Positions 11,261 through 22,717 are shown, counted from the first letter of the whole stretch. The stretch: DNA of 62,337 nt, filler included, from Globobulimina sp. (GCA_003354225.1; 22 parts of 22 records of this genome joined end to end with filler, not necessarily neighbours in it), one strand, 5' to 3'. Made by a program: numbers and translations. The notes: generated by a model from the sequence alone, not told the origin.

Positions 11261-11360
11261 NNNNNNNNNNNNNNNNNNNNNNNNNNNNNNNNNNNNNNNN
11301 NNNNTTAATTAATTAANNNNNNNNNNNNNNNNNNNNNNNNNNNNNNNNNNNNNNNNNNNN

Positions 11361-12005
11361 CTTTAAGAAAAAAAGCTGAAACAATTGCTCCAATTGGAAA
11401 ATGTATTTCAAATGTTATGCAGTGACATTGTAGAAAGGTTTACAATTTTTTTGTTTGTTTTGTTGATTTTGCTGCAGAATTTATGCTATTTGGGGTGGGA
11501 TAATTTCGATGCAGAAGCATGGTTTATTGACGCATTCAAATTATTTTTGATCATGGTTGGCTTTGAAATGATTGTCGATACAATGAAGCATGGCTTCATT
11601 ATTAAAAATAATAATTTTAACATCAAAATCTATAAATCATTTTATATCCGATTGTGTATGGACTTTACCAATGCGCGGCGAATGAATTGTGGTACCAATG
11701 ACAAGTTGTTTTTTATGGATCGGAGGTTAGGATTTTCATCATTGCCATTGGTTACTTTATTTTTACGCGTCATGTGGCAATTAAGTGAATATAATCAGAA
11801 TCACTTATATGTGAAAATCACATTTATTGTGATATTATTTGCTGTTTTGTATCTGTTCAAATTGTTGTTGAGTTTAATAATGAATGCAAAATCTGTAAAA
11901 ACATTAAATGAAAAACAACCGGATGTGGATGAACAGTATGTACTCGCAAAACGATTATCAAAGGTAAGACGATATGGATTGTTTGTTAAAAGAATTCCAA
12001 CTTGA
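11361..12005 (+). CDS. TAPT1: TAPT1/Emp65 (DUF747) family ER membrane protein, C-terminal part, 5' partial
   Basis: FQMLCSDIVERF, EMIVDTMKHGFIIKNN, RRLGFSSLPLVTLFLR and terminal RYGLFVKRIP. Confidence 0.85.
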
Positions 12006-12218
12006 TATTTTTAAGTGCTTTTTCTATTTAAAACGCTACGCATCGATTTCCTGACTGTTTGTGCAAATTCATTCGGTTTGCAATCTGATATTCTGATTTG
12101 CTATATACGTACAAACGAGTAAAGACGACTGATGCTAAAATAAAATTAATAGCGGACCACAAAATTCAAAAAACGAAAAAAAATATATTTATCCGATTGT
12201 TTTCTTTCTGCAACTGTC

Positions 12219-13457
12219 TCAATCGCACTCTTGTTCCAAATACGCATAAGTTTCAGTAAATTGAGTAAATTCAGTTTCCTCATCACTGCATGTGCTCATT
12301 ATTGAAGAGCTGCTCGTTTTTTTCACGTTTTGTTGTCTTTGTGCTTGGATTGCTGTTTTTAAAAACGAAAACAAATCAATTACAGTAACTTGCCCACATT
12401 TATTCTCATCCATTTTGTTCCAAAATATTTGCGTTTCTTTTTCATTTAAATTTAACATTTTGGCAAATTGTTTAAATCCATCATATTGTAAATGTCCACA
12501 ATGATTCACATCAATCACATCAAAAATATTTAACGTTTTCAACAATAATTTCCAACATATTTGCTTTTCAATATGTTTTTTAATTTGATTCACTTTTGGA
12601 TTAATTTGTACATTAATAAAATATCCAACAAACTGACTCAAACTCACTTGCATTTGACTACAATCCTTAGACATTATTTTTAATATTTCATCCACTGAGC
12701 AATTATCAACGTTTGTGATTTGTATAATTTCTAAAAAACGTTTCGTTTCATCGCATGATATAGAAATGGCTTCTTTTTGTTGTTTTTCTTTTTCGTTTTC
12801 TACAATATTTATAGGTTGATATCCAGCAAAACAATAAAATAATCTTTGCAAATTTTGCTTGTACACATTCCAACTTTTTACATCTTGCTTAGACTCATTC
12901 CAACTCTGTGAATAAACAGATGTGCTGCAGGTGCACGTACACGTACTGTCATCGCCATCGTCGGAATAACTGAGATCAGTCCAGACACTCTCGTTTCGCT
13001 TCGATAAGTTGGATTTCTCCGTTGTTATATGTGATTTGTGCGTATTCAGAGCGAAAAATGAATGACTATCCACACGTTTAATGCGTTTAAATTTTTTAGA
13101 TGATGGACTTAGAATAGTTTGGATATGGATAGGTGGCGATACGTTTTTGTCGTCTTCTATTAAATTAGTTTCTTCGTTGTCTTCTTCCTCTTCGACTTGT
13201 ACATTATGTTCGTCTCCATCTTCTTGCTCGGTGTTGTCATTTGCATCATTGTTCACAATAAATGTAACCTCTGTGCTGGTGGTGTCTACAGTATCTACAA
13301 CAATGTCAACTTCATCTTTTTTGTCCTCGATTTGTGAATATGCTTTTTTGAATCTTTTTTTGATGCAGAAATACCATGATATCAAAGCAACGATGATGAT
13401 GATAGCAGTGCTAACAATAAAACCAATGATAATTGACTCTTTCTTGGAGAGAGGCAT
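12219..13457 (-). CDS. Membrane-anchored EF-hand protein (N-terminal signal anchor, acidic linker, C-terminal EF-hands)
   Basis: TM IIIGFIVSTAIIIIVALISWYFCI followed by KKRFKK. EF loops FDVIDVNHCGHLQYDGF and WNKMDENKCGQVTVIDL. Confidence 0.75.
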   Translation of the reverse strand: MPLSKKESIIIGFIVSTAIIIIVALISWYFCIKKRFKKAYSQIEDKKDEVDIVVDTVDTTSTEVTFIVNNDANDNTEQEDGDEHNVQVEEEEDNEETNLIEDDKNVSPPIHIQTILSPSSKKFKRIKRVDSHSFFALNTHKSHITTEKSNLSKRNESVWTDLSYSDDGDDSTCTCTCSTSVYSQSWNESKQDVKSWNVYKQNLQRLFYCFAGYQPINIVENEKEKQQKEAISISCDETKRFLEIIQITNVDNCSVDEILKIMSKDCSQMQVSLSQFVGYFINVQINPKVNQIKKHIEKQICWKLLLKTLNIFDVIDVNHCGHLQYDGFKQFAKMLNLNEKETQIFWNKMDENKCGQVTVIDLFSFLKTAIQAQRQQNVKKTSSSSIMSTCSDEETEFTQFTETYAYLEQECD

Positions 13458-13516
13458 GGAGTCAATTCAGTTGAGTACTTCAGAAAACGTGTTTTATTAG
13501 AATGACTTCTTAAACG

Positions 13517-13747
13517 GAGCCTACACAAGTTAAATAGTCGCCTAAATAGTAGCATATTTTTCCTAAATAGTTGCCTAAATAGTCATCATTTTCCGTTTCT
13601 GTATTGAAATAGTCACTAAATAGTTGCATATTTTCGTTTTTGTATTGAAATAATTACTAAATAGTTGCACATTTTCGTTTTTGTCACTAAATAGTCACAA
13701 ATAGTCACTAATTAGTTACATAGTGACTAATTAACTTGTGTAGGCTC
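13517..13747. mobile_element. MITE-like element A (231 bp) with ~23-bp terminal inverted repeats and internal CTAAATAGT-type tandem repeats
   Basis: GAGCCTACACAAGTTAAATAGTC at 13517 versus GACTAATTAACTTGTGTAGGCTC ending at 13747 (one mismatch). No target-site duplication seen. Confidence 0.7.
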
Positions 13748-13764
13748 GTCATTTAGCAAAGTTA

Positions 13765-14006
13765 GAGGCTGGGCACCGTGAGGCTGGGTAATCTGATTAG
13801 TTACCACATAACTATTTAGTGACTATTTTAATCCAAAAACGAAAATGCAACTAATTAGTTACTCTTTAGAAACTATTTAGTAATTATTTCAAAACAACGA
13901 TATTATGCGTAACTATTTAGTAACTATTTAGTAACTATTTAGAAACCTAGGCTATTCAGCAACGATTTAGCAACTATTTTAGAAACTAATCAGATTGCCC
14001 AGCCTC
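13765..14006. mobile_element. MITE-like element B (242 bp) with TIRs and an 8-bp target-site duplication (hAT/P/Merlin-like)
   Basis: TIR GAGGCTGGGCA / TGCCCAGCCTC, an inner 23-bp IR copy at 13780, and CAAAGTTA on both sides (13757-13764 and 14007-14014). Internal ACTATTTAG repeats. Confidence 0.8.
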
Positions 14007-14200
14007 CAAAGTTACTGGACGTGGAATAATGACTAATTTTCAAAATCAATTGAGTATTAAGACCAACTAAGTTCGGAGGTTAAACATTCGAAAGCATGTC
14101 NNNNNNNNNNNNNNNNNNNNNNNNNNNNNNNNNNNNNNNNNNNNTTAATTAATTAANNNNNNNNNNNNNNNNNNNNNNNNNNNNNNNNNNNNNNNNNNNN

Positions 14201-16579
14201 CCGAACACAAACATATTCAAACTTAATGACGTGTTATATTATAAATGTTTGAATGACGTTGACGCCAAAAACAAAGAAAAAACACCCAAAAATGATGAAA
14301 AAACGGCCAAAATCGAAGAAAAAACAGCCCAAATGGATGATAATTGTGTCTGCAAAGCTGTGATGGATGAAACTCAACAAATAATGTTCTATGATTACGA
14401 AAACGAAATTGATTCTATCATTGGCGCAACATTTGAATGTAAAAAGATACGCTATGAATGCAAAAAAATCACAAACGATCATAAAATACTCTGCCAATTG
14501 GCATCGCAAAATAAAATGTATGACTCCAACACCAAAGACATTCTCATATCATTCAATATGCAACAAATGAGAGATTTCACTTGGATGAAACCACATAAAT
14601 ACAACACCAACAGCAAAAACACAGAAACTGCAGTCGAATGGGACCAAAATATTGCGTTTAACGATGACAATGACTGGGACAAATTGCTCCATTTACGGCA
14701 GGTTTTGCATGCTTATTATGGCCAATACAGGAAAATCTGCATCGACTTTATCCCCAATTTGATTTACGGCATCGAGGGTTTCATCCAGGTCTTAGTCAGC
14801 AGCCAAGTGTCCAGCTATGTGGACTTCAGAGGCATTAACAAGAACTTTGTGTACAGCGACAACTTAACTGTGCTCAAAGTGCCCTTGTCCAAAAGTGATG
14901 TGTTCAACGCGCCGACGAAGGTGTTGACCTATCTGGAAAAGCGACAGTTGACCAAGTTTATGCAAAGTGTGTTGAACGACGCTATCGACGCCGCAGAGAT
15001 CGAGAACATAACCTTTAGTGAATATATGTTGTCGCAGCAACAGAAAGTTTCGCCCAAGTTGTTGAATTTTATCCGCTATGCGCTGGCTTTTCTGGACTCT
15101 GCTGAGGAAGATCCAAATGCTAAGGACATGCTCCATCGGTTGCGGTTATTTCTGAAATCAATCGGGAGATTCAGTGCGGGCTCGTTCTTATACCCAATGT
15201 TTGGTTGCGGTGACTTGGCGCCGGGCTTTGTGCGTAGCAGCGCGGTGAAGGGCGGCGTGTTCATTTTAGACTGGAGCCCGAAAGCCATTGTGGTGCAGGA
15301 TATGAAGTATCACAATGTGTGTGGCAAAAAGGGATATTTGTTTGAGTGGCAAGTGGATCATCAATTTTATTGTGTGGTTGATGTGGCTAAATATGAATGT
15401 TTGTGTGTTTTGGATGGCAGTGTGAGGGTATTTGATGGGAATGCGTTGCAAAATGAAAGTGTGGCATTGATTGGACGGAGATTTGTGTTTGCTGAGGACT
15501 GTGTGTATGAAATTAGGTCCATGCGGGCCATGTGCGATGGTTTTGTGATGAAATGTGCATTGACGCCACAAATTAGCAGCAATCCAAACATGCACAATGT
15601 CGCAAAGGTGGTTTATCTCTCATTGCAGCAGTTGATGTTTGTAAAATGGATGCATTATACTGCGGGTCGTGAAAATGGAGAGGAACATAAAAATGACAAA
15701 GTGGATGGGAATGAAAATGTAATTCGATGTACGGGTATTATAACCGCGGCAAATCAGTTTGTCAAAACGCGATACTTTGTGGGCGGCGTTGATTATTTTT
15801 CAAATACGATACGAAAAGTAACGGTTAAACACTATCGAATGACGGTGATTTCTGACGGTCCGATTGCTGGCACTTTGTTTAATAAGTTGCAGAAAGAAAA
15901 AAATAATGATTCAGAGAGCGATGACGATGACAGTGATGAAACGGAAGAGAAGGTTGAGAAAAAAGAAAGCGTTGAAGAGAGAAGTCATTGTTGTGTGGTA
16001 CATATACCACCAAATACAAAACCGTTTGATAATATATATTCGATTCATATCATCCAATTGGATCATTTTAGTTGCACTGTTCCACCGCCTTTGTGTTTGA
16101 CATTTTTTTGGTGTCAAAGTGGTGGGAATAACAATGCAAAAGTATCATTGGAGAGATGTTTTGATATATTTTATCGAAGACAGGTGATCGTGGATGGAAA
16201 TGTGGAACAAAGACCGTTGGGTTTAATGAGAACCATTTATGAGCAGAGAGTGAGAGAAGTTAATACGGACTCATTTGCCGAGAATGTGCATATTGTAAAA
16301 GATTCAAATGATACCATTGGATATGAAAATGCTGTACAAGCAGCAAAGACTTTGTTTAAAAAAATGTATCCGAATGATGTGTGGATGGAAAAGGATAAAA
16401 AGAATGAACCACAACAAAGTAGAGCTGATCGAGTGTTTGGTGCATTGCAAGAGGAGGAAAAGGATAAAAATATAGAGGAACAGGAGAAACCTTCAACTGA
16501 TAATAATGATTCACCAGACAAGCAAAATGAAAATGAAAATGAAAATGATAAACAACTTGGTGGAGATGTTGCAAAATAG
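14201..16579 (+). CDS. CHM: Rab escort protein (REP/CHM, GDI superfamily), 5' partial
   Basis: RKICIDFIPNLIY, LVSSQVSSYVDF, KVPLSKSDVF...LEKRQLTKFM, SIGRF and FLYPMFGCGDLAPGFVRSSAVKGGVFIL. Acidic C-terminal tail. Confidence 0.88.
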   Translation, partial: PNTNIFKLNDVLYYKCLNDVDAKNKEKTPKNDEKTAKIEEKTAQMDDNCVCKAVMDETQQIMFYDYENEIDSIIGATFECKKIRYECKKITNDHKILCQLASQNKMYDSNTKDILISFNMQQMRDFTWMKPHKYNTNSKNTETAVEWDQNIAFNDDNDWDKLLHLRQVLHAYYGQYRKICIDFIPNLIYGIEGFIQVLVSSQVSSYVDFRGINKNFVYSDNLTVLKVPLSKSDVFNAPTKVLTYLEKRQLTKFMQSVLNDAIDAAEIENITFSEYMLSQQQKVSPKLLNFIRYALAFLDSAEEDPNAKDMLHRLRLFLKSIGRFSAGSFLYPMFGCGDLAPGFVRSSAVKGGVFILDWSPKAIVVQDMKYHNVCGKKGYLFEWQVDHQFYCVVDVAKYECLCVLDGSVRVFDGNALQNESVALIGRRFVFAEDCVYEIRSMRAMCDGFVMKCALTPQISSNPNMHNVAKVVYLSLQQLMFVKWMHYTAGRENGEEHKNDKVDGNENVIRCTGIITAANQFVKTRYFVGGVDYFSNTIRKVTVKHYRMTVISDGPIAGTLFNKLQKEKNNDSESDDDDSDETEEKVEKKESVEERSHCCVVHIPPNTKPFDNIYSIHIIQLDHFSCTVPPPLCLTFFWCQSGGNNNAKVSLERCFDIFYRRQVIVDGNVEQRPLGLMRTIYEQRVREVNTDSFAENVHIVKDSNDTIGYENAVQAAKTLFKKMYPNDVWMEKDKKNEPQQSRADRVFGALQEEEKDKNIEEQEKPSTDNNDSPDKQNENENENDKQLGGDVAK

Positions 16580-16668
16580 TATAGGCTTAAGCTTTGATTT
16601 TTTTGTTTTTATAATTACTAATTTTACCATGTTTCAGTGTCGCCAATATGTGTAACTTTTACTGAAAC

Positions 16669-16939
16669 ATGCAAGAGCAGAAAAACCAAGCAACGAATGA
16701 TGATAATAATGATATTACACCACAACGTATTCCAACGGAAGATCCAAATAACGGTGGTTCCGTATTGAAATCAAAGGGCGCTGTACGTTTTATATTTTTC
16801 TTCTCAGATAAAAGCTTAGCAGAAGGAAATTACTGTGTACATCCCTTTGGTTCCAAACAATATCATCAATTTTACATCATTGACAAGAATCGTTCTGCGT
16901 ATTTCTGTATTTATCAAGACAGACAATCGGATGATGTGC
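16669..16939 (+). CDS. Hypothetical protein N-terminus, 3' partial
   Basis: ATG-initiated frame open to the contig edge. Confidence 0.35.
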
Positions 16940-17123
16940 NNNNNNNNNNNNNNNNNNNNNNNNNNNNNNNNNNNNNNNNNNNNTTAATTAATTAANNNNN
17001 NNNNNNNNNNNNNNNNNNNNNNNNNNNNNNNNNNNNNNNGCGCATGCACAATCTTGCAATAATTTATTGGTGATCTGGATTTTCCACATCTTTTTCGACT
17101 GAACCAGATACCACTAAATCACA

Positions 17124-17900
17124 ATGGCAACCTCCAAATTGGACACCAGCAAATATCGCGCCAACCACAGTCCAGAGGAAGAGAAACTAATGGTGGCCTA
17201 TTTACAGATGAAAAAAGGAGAAAACATTAAGAGCAAAGCAACGCAAATCTCGTTATTATTGATGCAACAAAAAAAGAAATCTGTTTTTCTATTCTATGCA
17301 TTTATTTATCTAATGGTGTTATTGCCTTTGTTGTGGCAAATCTTTGTGAGTACAATCTCGTCGTTGGGTGGTCTGATTGTGGTAATTTGTGCGTATTTAC
17401 TCGCAGACTTAACCTCCGGATTAGTGCATATTTATTTAGATTACAGCGTGGTGCGTTTTGATGGAACCATGACAGATTTCAATCGAATGGGTTTTCAGGT
17501 TCATCATTTATATCCAAACCATCAATGGATGGTTCATGAAAATTATCAACCGGTTTACGAGACAGTCACTGTGTTTCCCACTGTAATCTTAATCAGTTTA
17601 TTGAATCGGTTTACATTAAATAATTTATTTATTTATTATTTTACATTTTTTTGTTTATGTTTTCAAGCCGCTCATTATTTTTCGCACGCCGTTACGCATC
17701 AAAAATATGTGCCAAAATTTGTTTTATTATTTCAAAGAATTGGCTTATTTATAAATCCCAAAGCTCATCAAAAACATCATCAAACATTTGATGTAAATTT
17801 CTGTATTTTAGCTGGTTTATTCGATCCTATCTTAAATAAACTTGTCAAGAATGAAAATCTATTAAAATCTTATGTGTCATTTATGGACAACATATTATGA
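17124..17900 (+). CDS. PEDS1: TMEM189/Kua/CarF/FAD4-family lipid desaturase (plasmanylethanolamine desaturase-like)
   Basis: His boxes ADLTSGLVHIYLD, FQVHHLYP, AAHYFSH and HQKHHQTFDVNFCILAG. Multiple TM segments. Confidence 0.85.
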   Translation: MATSKLDTSKYRANHSPEEEKLMVAYLQMKKGENIKSKATQISLLLMQQKKKSVFLFYAFIYLMVLLPLLWQIFVSTISSLGGLIVVICAYLLADLTSGLVHIYLDYSVVRFDGTMTDFNRMGFQVHHLYPNHQWMVHENYQPVYETVTVFPTVILISLLNRFTLNNLFIYYFTFFCLCFQAAHYFSHAVTHQKYVPKFVLLFQRIGLFINPKAHQKHHQTFDVNFCILAGLFDPILNKLVKNENLLKSYVSFMDNIL

Positions 17901-18159
17901 TTTATAATTATAATTAATTTGATATTTTATTTTCTGGAGTTTTGTTTTTTTTGTTACTATAGACATTATGCTTAATTATTAACATGTATTGCTTTTTTTG
18001 CTTCTCACTTCATATATTTACACAACACGACGACATTTAGACTTTTTATCCTTGCACTCAACGGCATCATATCCAATCGACACATGACTAAAAAATATAA
18101 AAAAGCTTAATTATTTAATAATTAATTATAACAAAATGATCGAATTAAATTTGTTTTAT

Positions 18160-19778
18160 TTACACACATTTCGACCAAAGCTTCTTTTCTCTGCAGACAC
18201 AATCCGCAAATGACACATTACGCGTCAAACGACTGCTGCATTGTTTATACATTTCGCAAAATGTCGTTTGTGCAGAATGGCATGAAAACACTCGTTTTGC
18301 GTTGCATTGGATATTCTGCACCACACCGCCGTGCGCATCGAACATTGCAATAATATCTCTTCGCGGCAACAATGAAATTGCGGTTTTCTCCAAACTGTCG
18401 ACACTGAAACCCAACTTTTTCGACGAGTATAAAGTGCCGGCATTGGACACAGCAAATGAAATTATATTATTCTCGTCGCCATAGCCGTCCTCATACAGCC
18501 GGGCGGCGACAACCTGCGCCACGGAGCCACCCAAGCTGTGTCCCACGCAAATGACATCACTCTCGTTGGCCACGCCGACAATCTCATTTTTCACAAAATC
18601 ATAAATTGGATTGTCATAATTCTGCCGCACCGAAGGCGTGATCAGCCGCTCCGGCATCGAGGCCAAATCGATAAACTGGCGAATAAATCCCATGGGCAAC
18701 ACGTCTGTCAACGGGATGAGCCACGAAAACAGCTCAAGTGTCACCGCCTCTGTCCATAACCCAATGTCTTGCTCAGTCTCTGTTTTGTCCATAGTCCCGC
18801 GGACTGCAATAATATCAAAATTAAATTCTTCGTTATAAATATGAAAAAAAGAAGGATTTTTATGCGTGGACAAGCTGTTAACATCCCAGCCATTTTCTGC
18901 ATAATCACCGCCGAACCAGTTAGCAAATTGTTGGGTTATTTGTGCTTTTGAGGAGCCATAATAAGCCACAACACTTAAATACGTCAAATCCATCACGGAT
19001 AAATAAGCATTGTCTGCCAATGTAAAGTCACAGATTGGATATGATGACGAAGCAATAGGTGCCATAGGTTCGCTCTTCTCAAAAGTTCCCTGCGTCGCTT
19101 CGTTGCTCTGTCTCAAATACAAAGAGACCGTCAATATCAACGCAACAATATATATTACAATAAAACACCAACCAAACCAATCCTGCGCACAGTGACAATA
19201 TTTGTTGCAACCAAAGTAATCGTTGCGTTTATAATCATATTTGATTTTGCTCCAAAAGGGGATAAATTTGATTTCGTCAATCATCAATTCGTCAACGTCA
19301 TATTGCACAGCTTTCAGTAACGGCAAATCCGAATCGTTTTTAATGAGCATAGTTCCCGCCGTGTTCTGTTGATGATGCCTCTTTTTTGGATTTGCGCCTT
19401 TTCCGGTGGCCGACGGTTCAGATATCTCCATCAACAAAACATTATTAACCACCTTGCTGTCCTCCAAAGCGAGCTTACGTTGAAAGTATTCGTTATGGAA
19501 TCTGGTGCTCCATAGCATGTATAATGCATTGTATTTTCCTCGCTCAAACACAACGACAATATAATATAACACACCGCAGCCGGCTGCAAACCGAAATACT
19601 TCGTCATTGTTCACAATGTATATCAATGCAAATACTGCGACATAGACAAATACAGCAATGATGACCGCGCATTGAAGCAAAGCGGGATATTGCACCATAT
19701 GAGGGTCGCTATGCTCAGCGCTGGCGTCAATTACAAATATTAATTGACAAATATTGATCTTTTGATTTCTACCACAGC
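18160..19778 (-). CDS. Multi-TM class-3 lipase (alpha/beta hydrolase), 5' partial
   Basis: IIAVRGT, nucleophile elbow CVGHSLGGSVA, RRDIIAMFD and CHS. TM segments upstream. The frame stays open to the contig edge. Confidence 0.88.
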
Positions 19779-19941
19779 NNNNNNNNNNNNNNNNNNNNNN
19801 NNNNNNNNNNNNNNNNNNNNNNTTAATTAATTAANNNNNNNNNNNNNNNNNNNNNNNNNNNNNNNNNNNNNNNNNNNNATTGACTGGAAATTTAGAATTT
19901 TTATCACTATTTTCCTCAATTTTAAAATATTTTTAAAGAAC

Positions 19942-20823
19942 ATGGAAGTGTCGCATAATAATCCTGAATTGATACCGGACTCAGCTCAGTATATTGTAAG
20001 ATTTTTTAAAACAAGATTGGGATTAAGCGATGACAAAAATTTTAAAGGGATTTTAGAGTTTTTCAAGCATTCATCATATTCGTTTGATTTGCGCAAACTT
20101 CATAATATTGTTATGGATAAACAATTAATGACAACATTTAAAAAGCAAGTTTTAGATGAATTGGGTATTATGATTCCAATGCCTTTTAATAGATTTTTAG
20201 GAAACGGTATATTTCAAATTGGATATATTCAAAATGATGCAACACGAACAGTGACATTTACTTGTAAAATATGGGAATTTATTGGTTTTAAAATATTATT
20301 GCCATTATTTATATTATCAAAATTAATGAATTTCATCTATCCATTCTTGTTTTTGATGATTTATTTTCTGAATTTGTCACAAATTGAAAACACTGCAATA
20401 TATTCAACCAATTTTCATTCATTTCAATTAACATTTACGCTGATTTTTGTTGGTTTGATATTTTGTGGTATAATGGGATTGTTTCCATTTGCTTATCGGT
20501 ATTATATTACGTTGTGGCATTTATCGGCAATAAATGTTAATCGAAGAGTTCTTGCCAAATATTTTTCAGATCCGCAACAAATTGAATCAATTGTGAATAA
20601 TACAAAATATTTATATTACGAGATGTATATAATGATGATATCAACACAATTAATCAAAGATAAGTTTGGATGCAATATAGGTGATCTTATTAATGAATAT
20701 GTGTTTACACCTAAAATAATATTGGAACAAATAATGTATGCACAGGACTGGGATGAACATATATTGAACTTTGAACCCATGGATATTTATAATACTATCC
20801 AACCGTACTTAATGTCGCAATAA
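19942..20823 (+). CDS. Membrane protein, paralog of the C-terminal half of the XK-like protein at 42587-43928; probably 5' partial
   Basis: Shared blocks in the same order: PLFILSKLMNFIYP / PLYIMSRCIGLCIP, FQLTF / FQWFM, LWHL / MWHI and KFGCNIGDLINEY / KFSHDITDIILAF. Confidence 0.6.
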   Translation: MEVSHNNPELIPDSAQYIVRFFKTRLGLSDDKNFKGILEFFKHSSYSFDLRKLHNIVMDKQLMTTFKKQVLDELGIMIPMPFNRFLGNGIFQIGYIQNDATRTVTFTCKIWEFIGFKILLPLFILSKLMNFIYPFLFLMIYFLNLSQIENTAIYSTNFHSFQLTFTLIFVGLIFCGIMGLFPFAYRYYITLWHLSAINVNRRVLAKYFSDPQQIESIVNNTKYLYYEMYIMMISTQLIKDKFGCNIGDLINEYVFTPKIILEQIMYAQDWDEHILNFEPMDIYNTIQPYLMSQ

Positions 20824-21076
20824 AAGTGTTTTTTACCATCACAACACCGAAAGTGTGAGATAATTATGTTTCTGGATCACACGTTTCTCACTTTCCTTGC
20901 ATATTTTTTTTATCTATTCGTAATTTAAGACATTTTAAGTTCATGCTAATCACATTCATTATTTACAAAGCACAAATGTTATGATAAATTCATAATAAAA
21001 AACAACGTATATACATCATTAAGATCATTTATAAATTTTGCAATATATAAAAACAATAAATTATACAAATCCTACA

Positions 21077-22105
21077 TTATGCTTCATATCCTAACATTGA
21101 ACTCATCCAAAACCATAGCAAACCAGCTTCCATGAAAAATAAATAAAGCAACAAAGTGCATTGAACAGCACATGTACATCCGCCAAGTTTATCATTTTTG
21201 ACATCTGTTTTACAGCTTTCACAGCAACATAACTTATCCACACCAGTACTAAAATTAATCCAATGTTGATGAATTGCAACAACTTGAAACTGTAATGTCA
21301 ATGCTAACAATGTTGCCTGTAGCCGTGAGAAAGACAAAGGATCACTGACGCTATAAATCACCACCAATCCCACAATAACTGTGTAATAAACATTTGTCAC
21401 AAAATACCATGTTGCAAAACCCCATGATTTATACATCGGTGGCTTGGAATATGTCTGTGACTGTTTCTCGAGCTCGTCCGTCGTTTGCTGTGTATTTGAT
21501 GGATATTCCCATTGAGTTGTTTTGGTCATATCATTGACATAGCACATGTTCCCTCCATTTGTATATGCCACCCTCCATCCCGCTGGCAATACAACTACGT
21601 TTGGTTGAGGTGCAGGATTTGTGCTCATTTGAATTTCAACGGCAATTTGAACATCTTTAGGATTGTTCTGATGTTCAACATGCGAATAACTTTTATGAAT
21701 TTGTCCACAAAAATCAATATAACTGAACGCAGCGCCATAATACAATGTAATTATTCCCTGATACGACATTGAGTGATTTTTTATATTCATTTCATTGGCA
21801 TAATATTGATACTGTTTCGTTGGTTTCATGCCATAGATTAAGAGCATGATGATGGCACCAATACGATCTACAGAGATAAAGCAAACACTGTAAATAATGA
21901 ATGATGTTTCATCATCGATGTCTTTGAATTTCATTTCAAATTTTGAACAGTCGAGATATGATAAAATATATATAATATCTATTAATATACCGATTAATTT
22001 CAAAGAGATTACCATTTTTCTTCCGGATGAGGTACCAGCACAACCAATGAATGCAGCCATTGATGCTAACATACAACCTCCACCATTTATTGTTGAGTCT
22101 AACAA
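21077..22105 (-). CDS. Multi-pass membrane protein with an internal WW domain; start uncertain
   Basis: LPAGWRVAYTNGGNMCYVNDMTKTTQWEYP is a WW domain, flanked by several hydrophobic segments. Confidence 0.75.
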   Translation of the reverse strand: MLDSTINGGGCMLASMAAFIGCAGTSSGRKMVISLKLIGILIDIIYILSYLDCSKFEMKFKDIDDETSFIIYSVCFISVDRIGAIIMLLIYGMKPTKQYQYYANEMNIKNHSMSYQGIITLYYGAAFSYIDFCGQIHKSYSHVEHQNNPKDVQIAVEIQMSTNPAPQPNVVVLPAGWRVAYTNGGNMCYVNDMTKTTQWEYPSNTQQTTDELEKQSQTYSKPPMYKSWGFATWYFVTNVYYTVIVGLVVIYSVSDPLSFSRLQATLLALTLQFQVVAIHQHWINFSTGVDKLCCCESCKTDVKNDKLGGCTCAVQCTLLLYLFFMEAGLLWFWMSSMLGYEA

Positions 22106-22717
22106 ATATGATGTTGTTTGTAAATAAATACATACAAATATGTGAGTGTTCTCTATTAGGCCTTTTGGCGTTTATGCACTGTTTCTAAAAACAAAGTTTT
22201 TGAGGCGGTACTAGTAACAATTATAAAAACGCTATTTCATACTATTGACGTTCATTATCACACAACTGAGAAAGCTATTAATATTTAATAAAACAACACA
22301 AAGCAAAAATGTTAACAAAAAAAATAGGTCATATAAAAAAATTAAAATGTTATAAAAACAACGAATCACGAATCTCAAAATTATTATTTGATGTAGGCAG
22401 TCATGATCACCCTCAATCTGTATTATTTTTATTTGATTTTAACCATTCACTTATTTTTGATGTATTGAAAAAATTTCCACTTTCAGTTCCTTGCTCCGAA
22501 CTACTATTTAATTCTTGTTCATCCTTTAATTTCTGCAATATTTGTGTACAATATTTATATTGTTGTTGAATATTTAACTTCAATTTTTTGTTATCAATCA
22601 CAATTCCCCTCTGCGATNNNNNNNNNNNNNNNNNNNNNNNNNNNNNNNNNNNNNNNNNNNNTTAATTAATTAANNNNNNNNNNNNNNNNNNNNNNNNNNN
22701 NNNNNNNNNNNNNNNNN

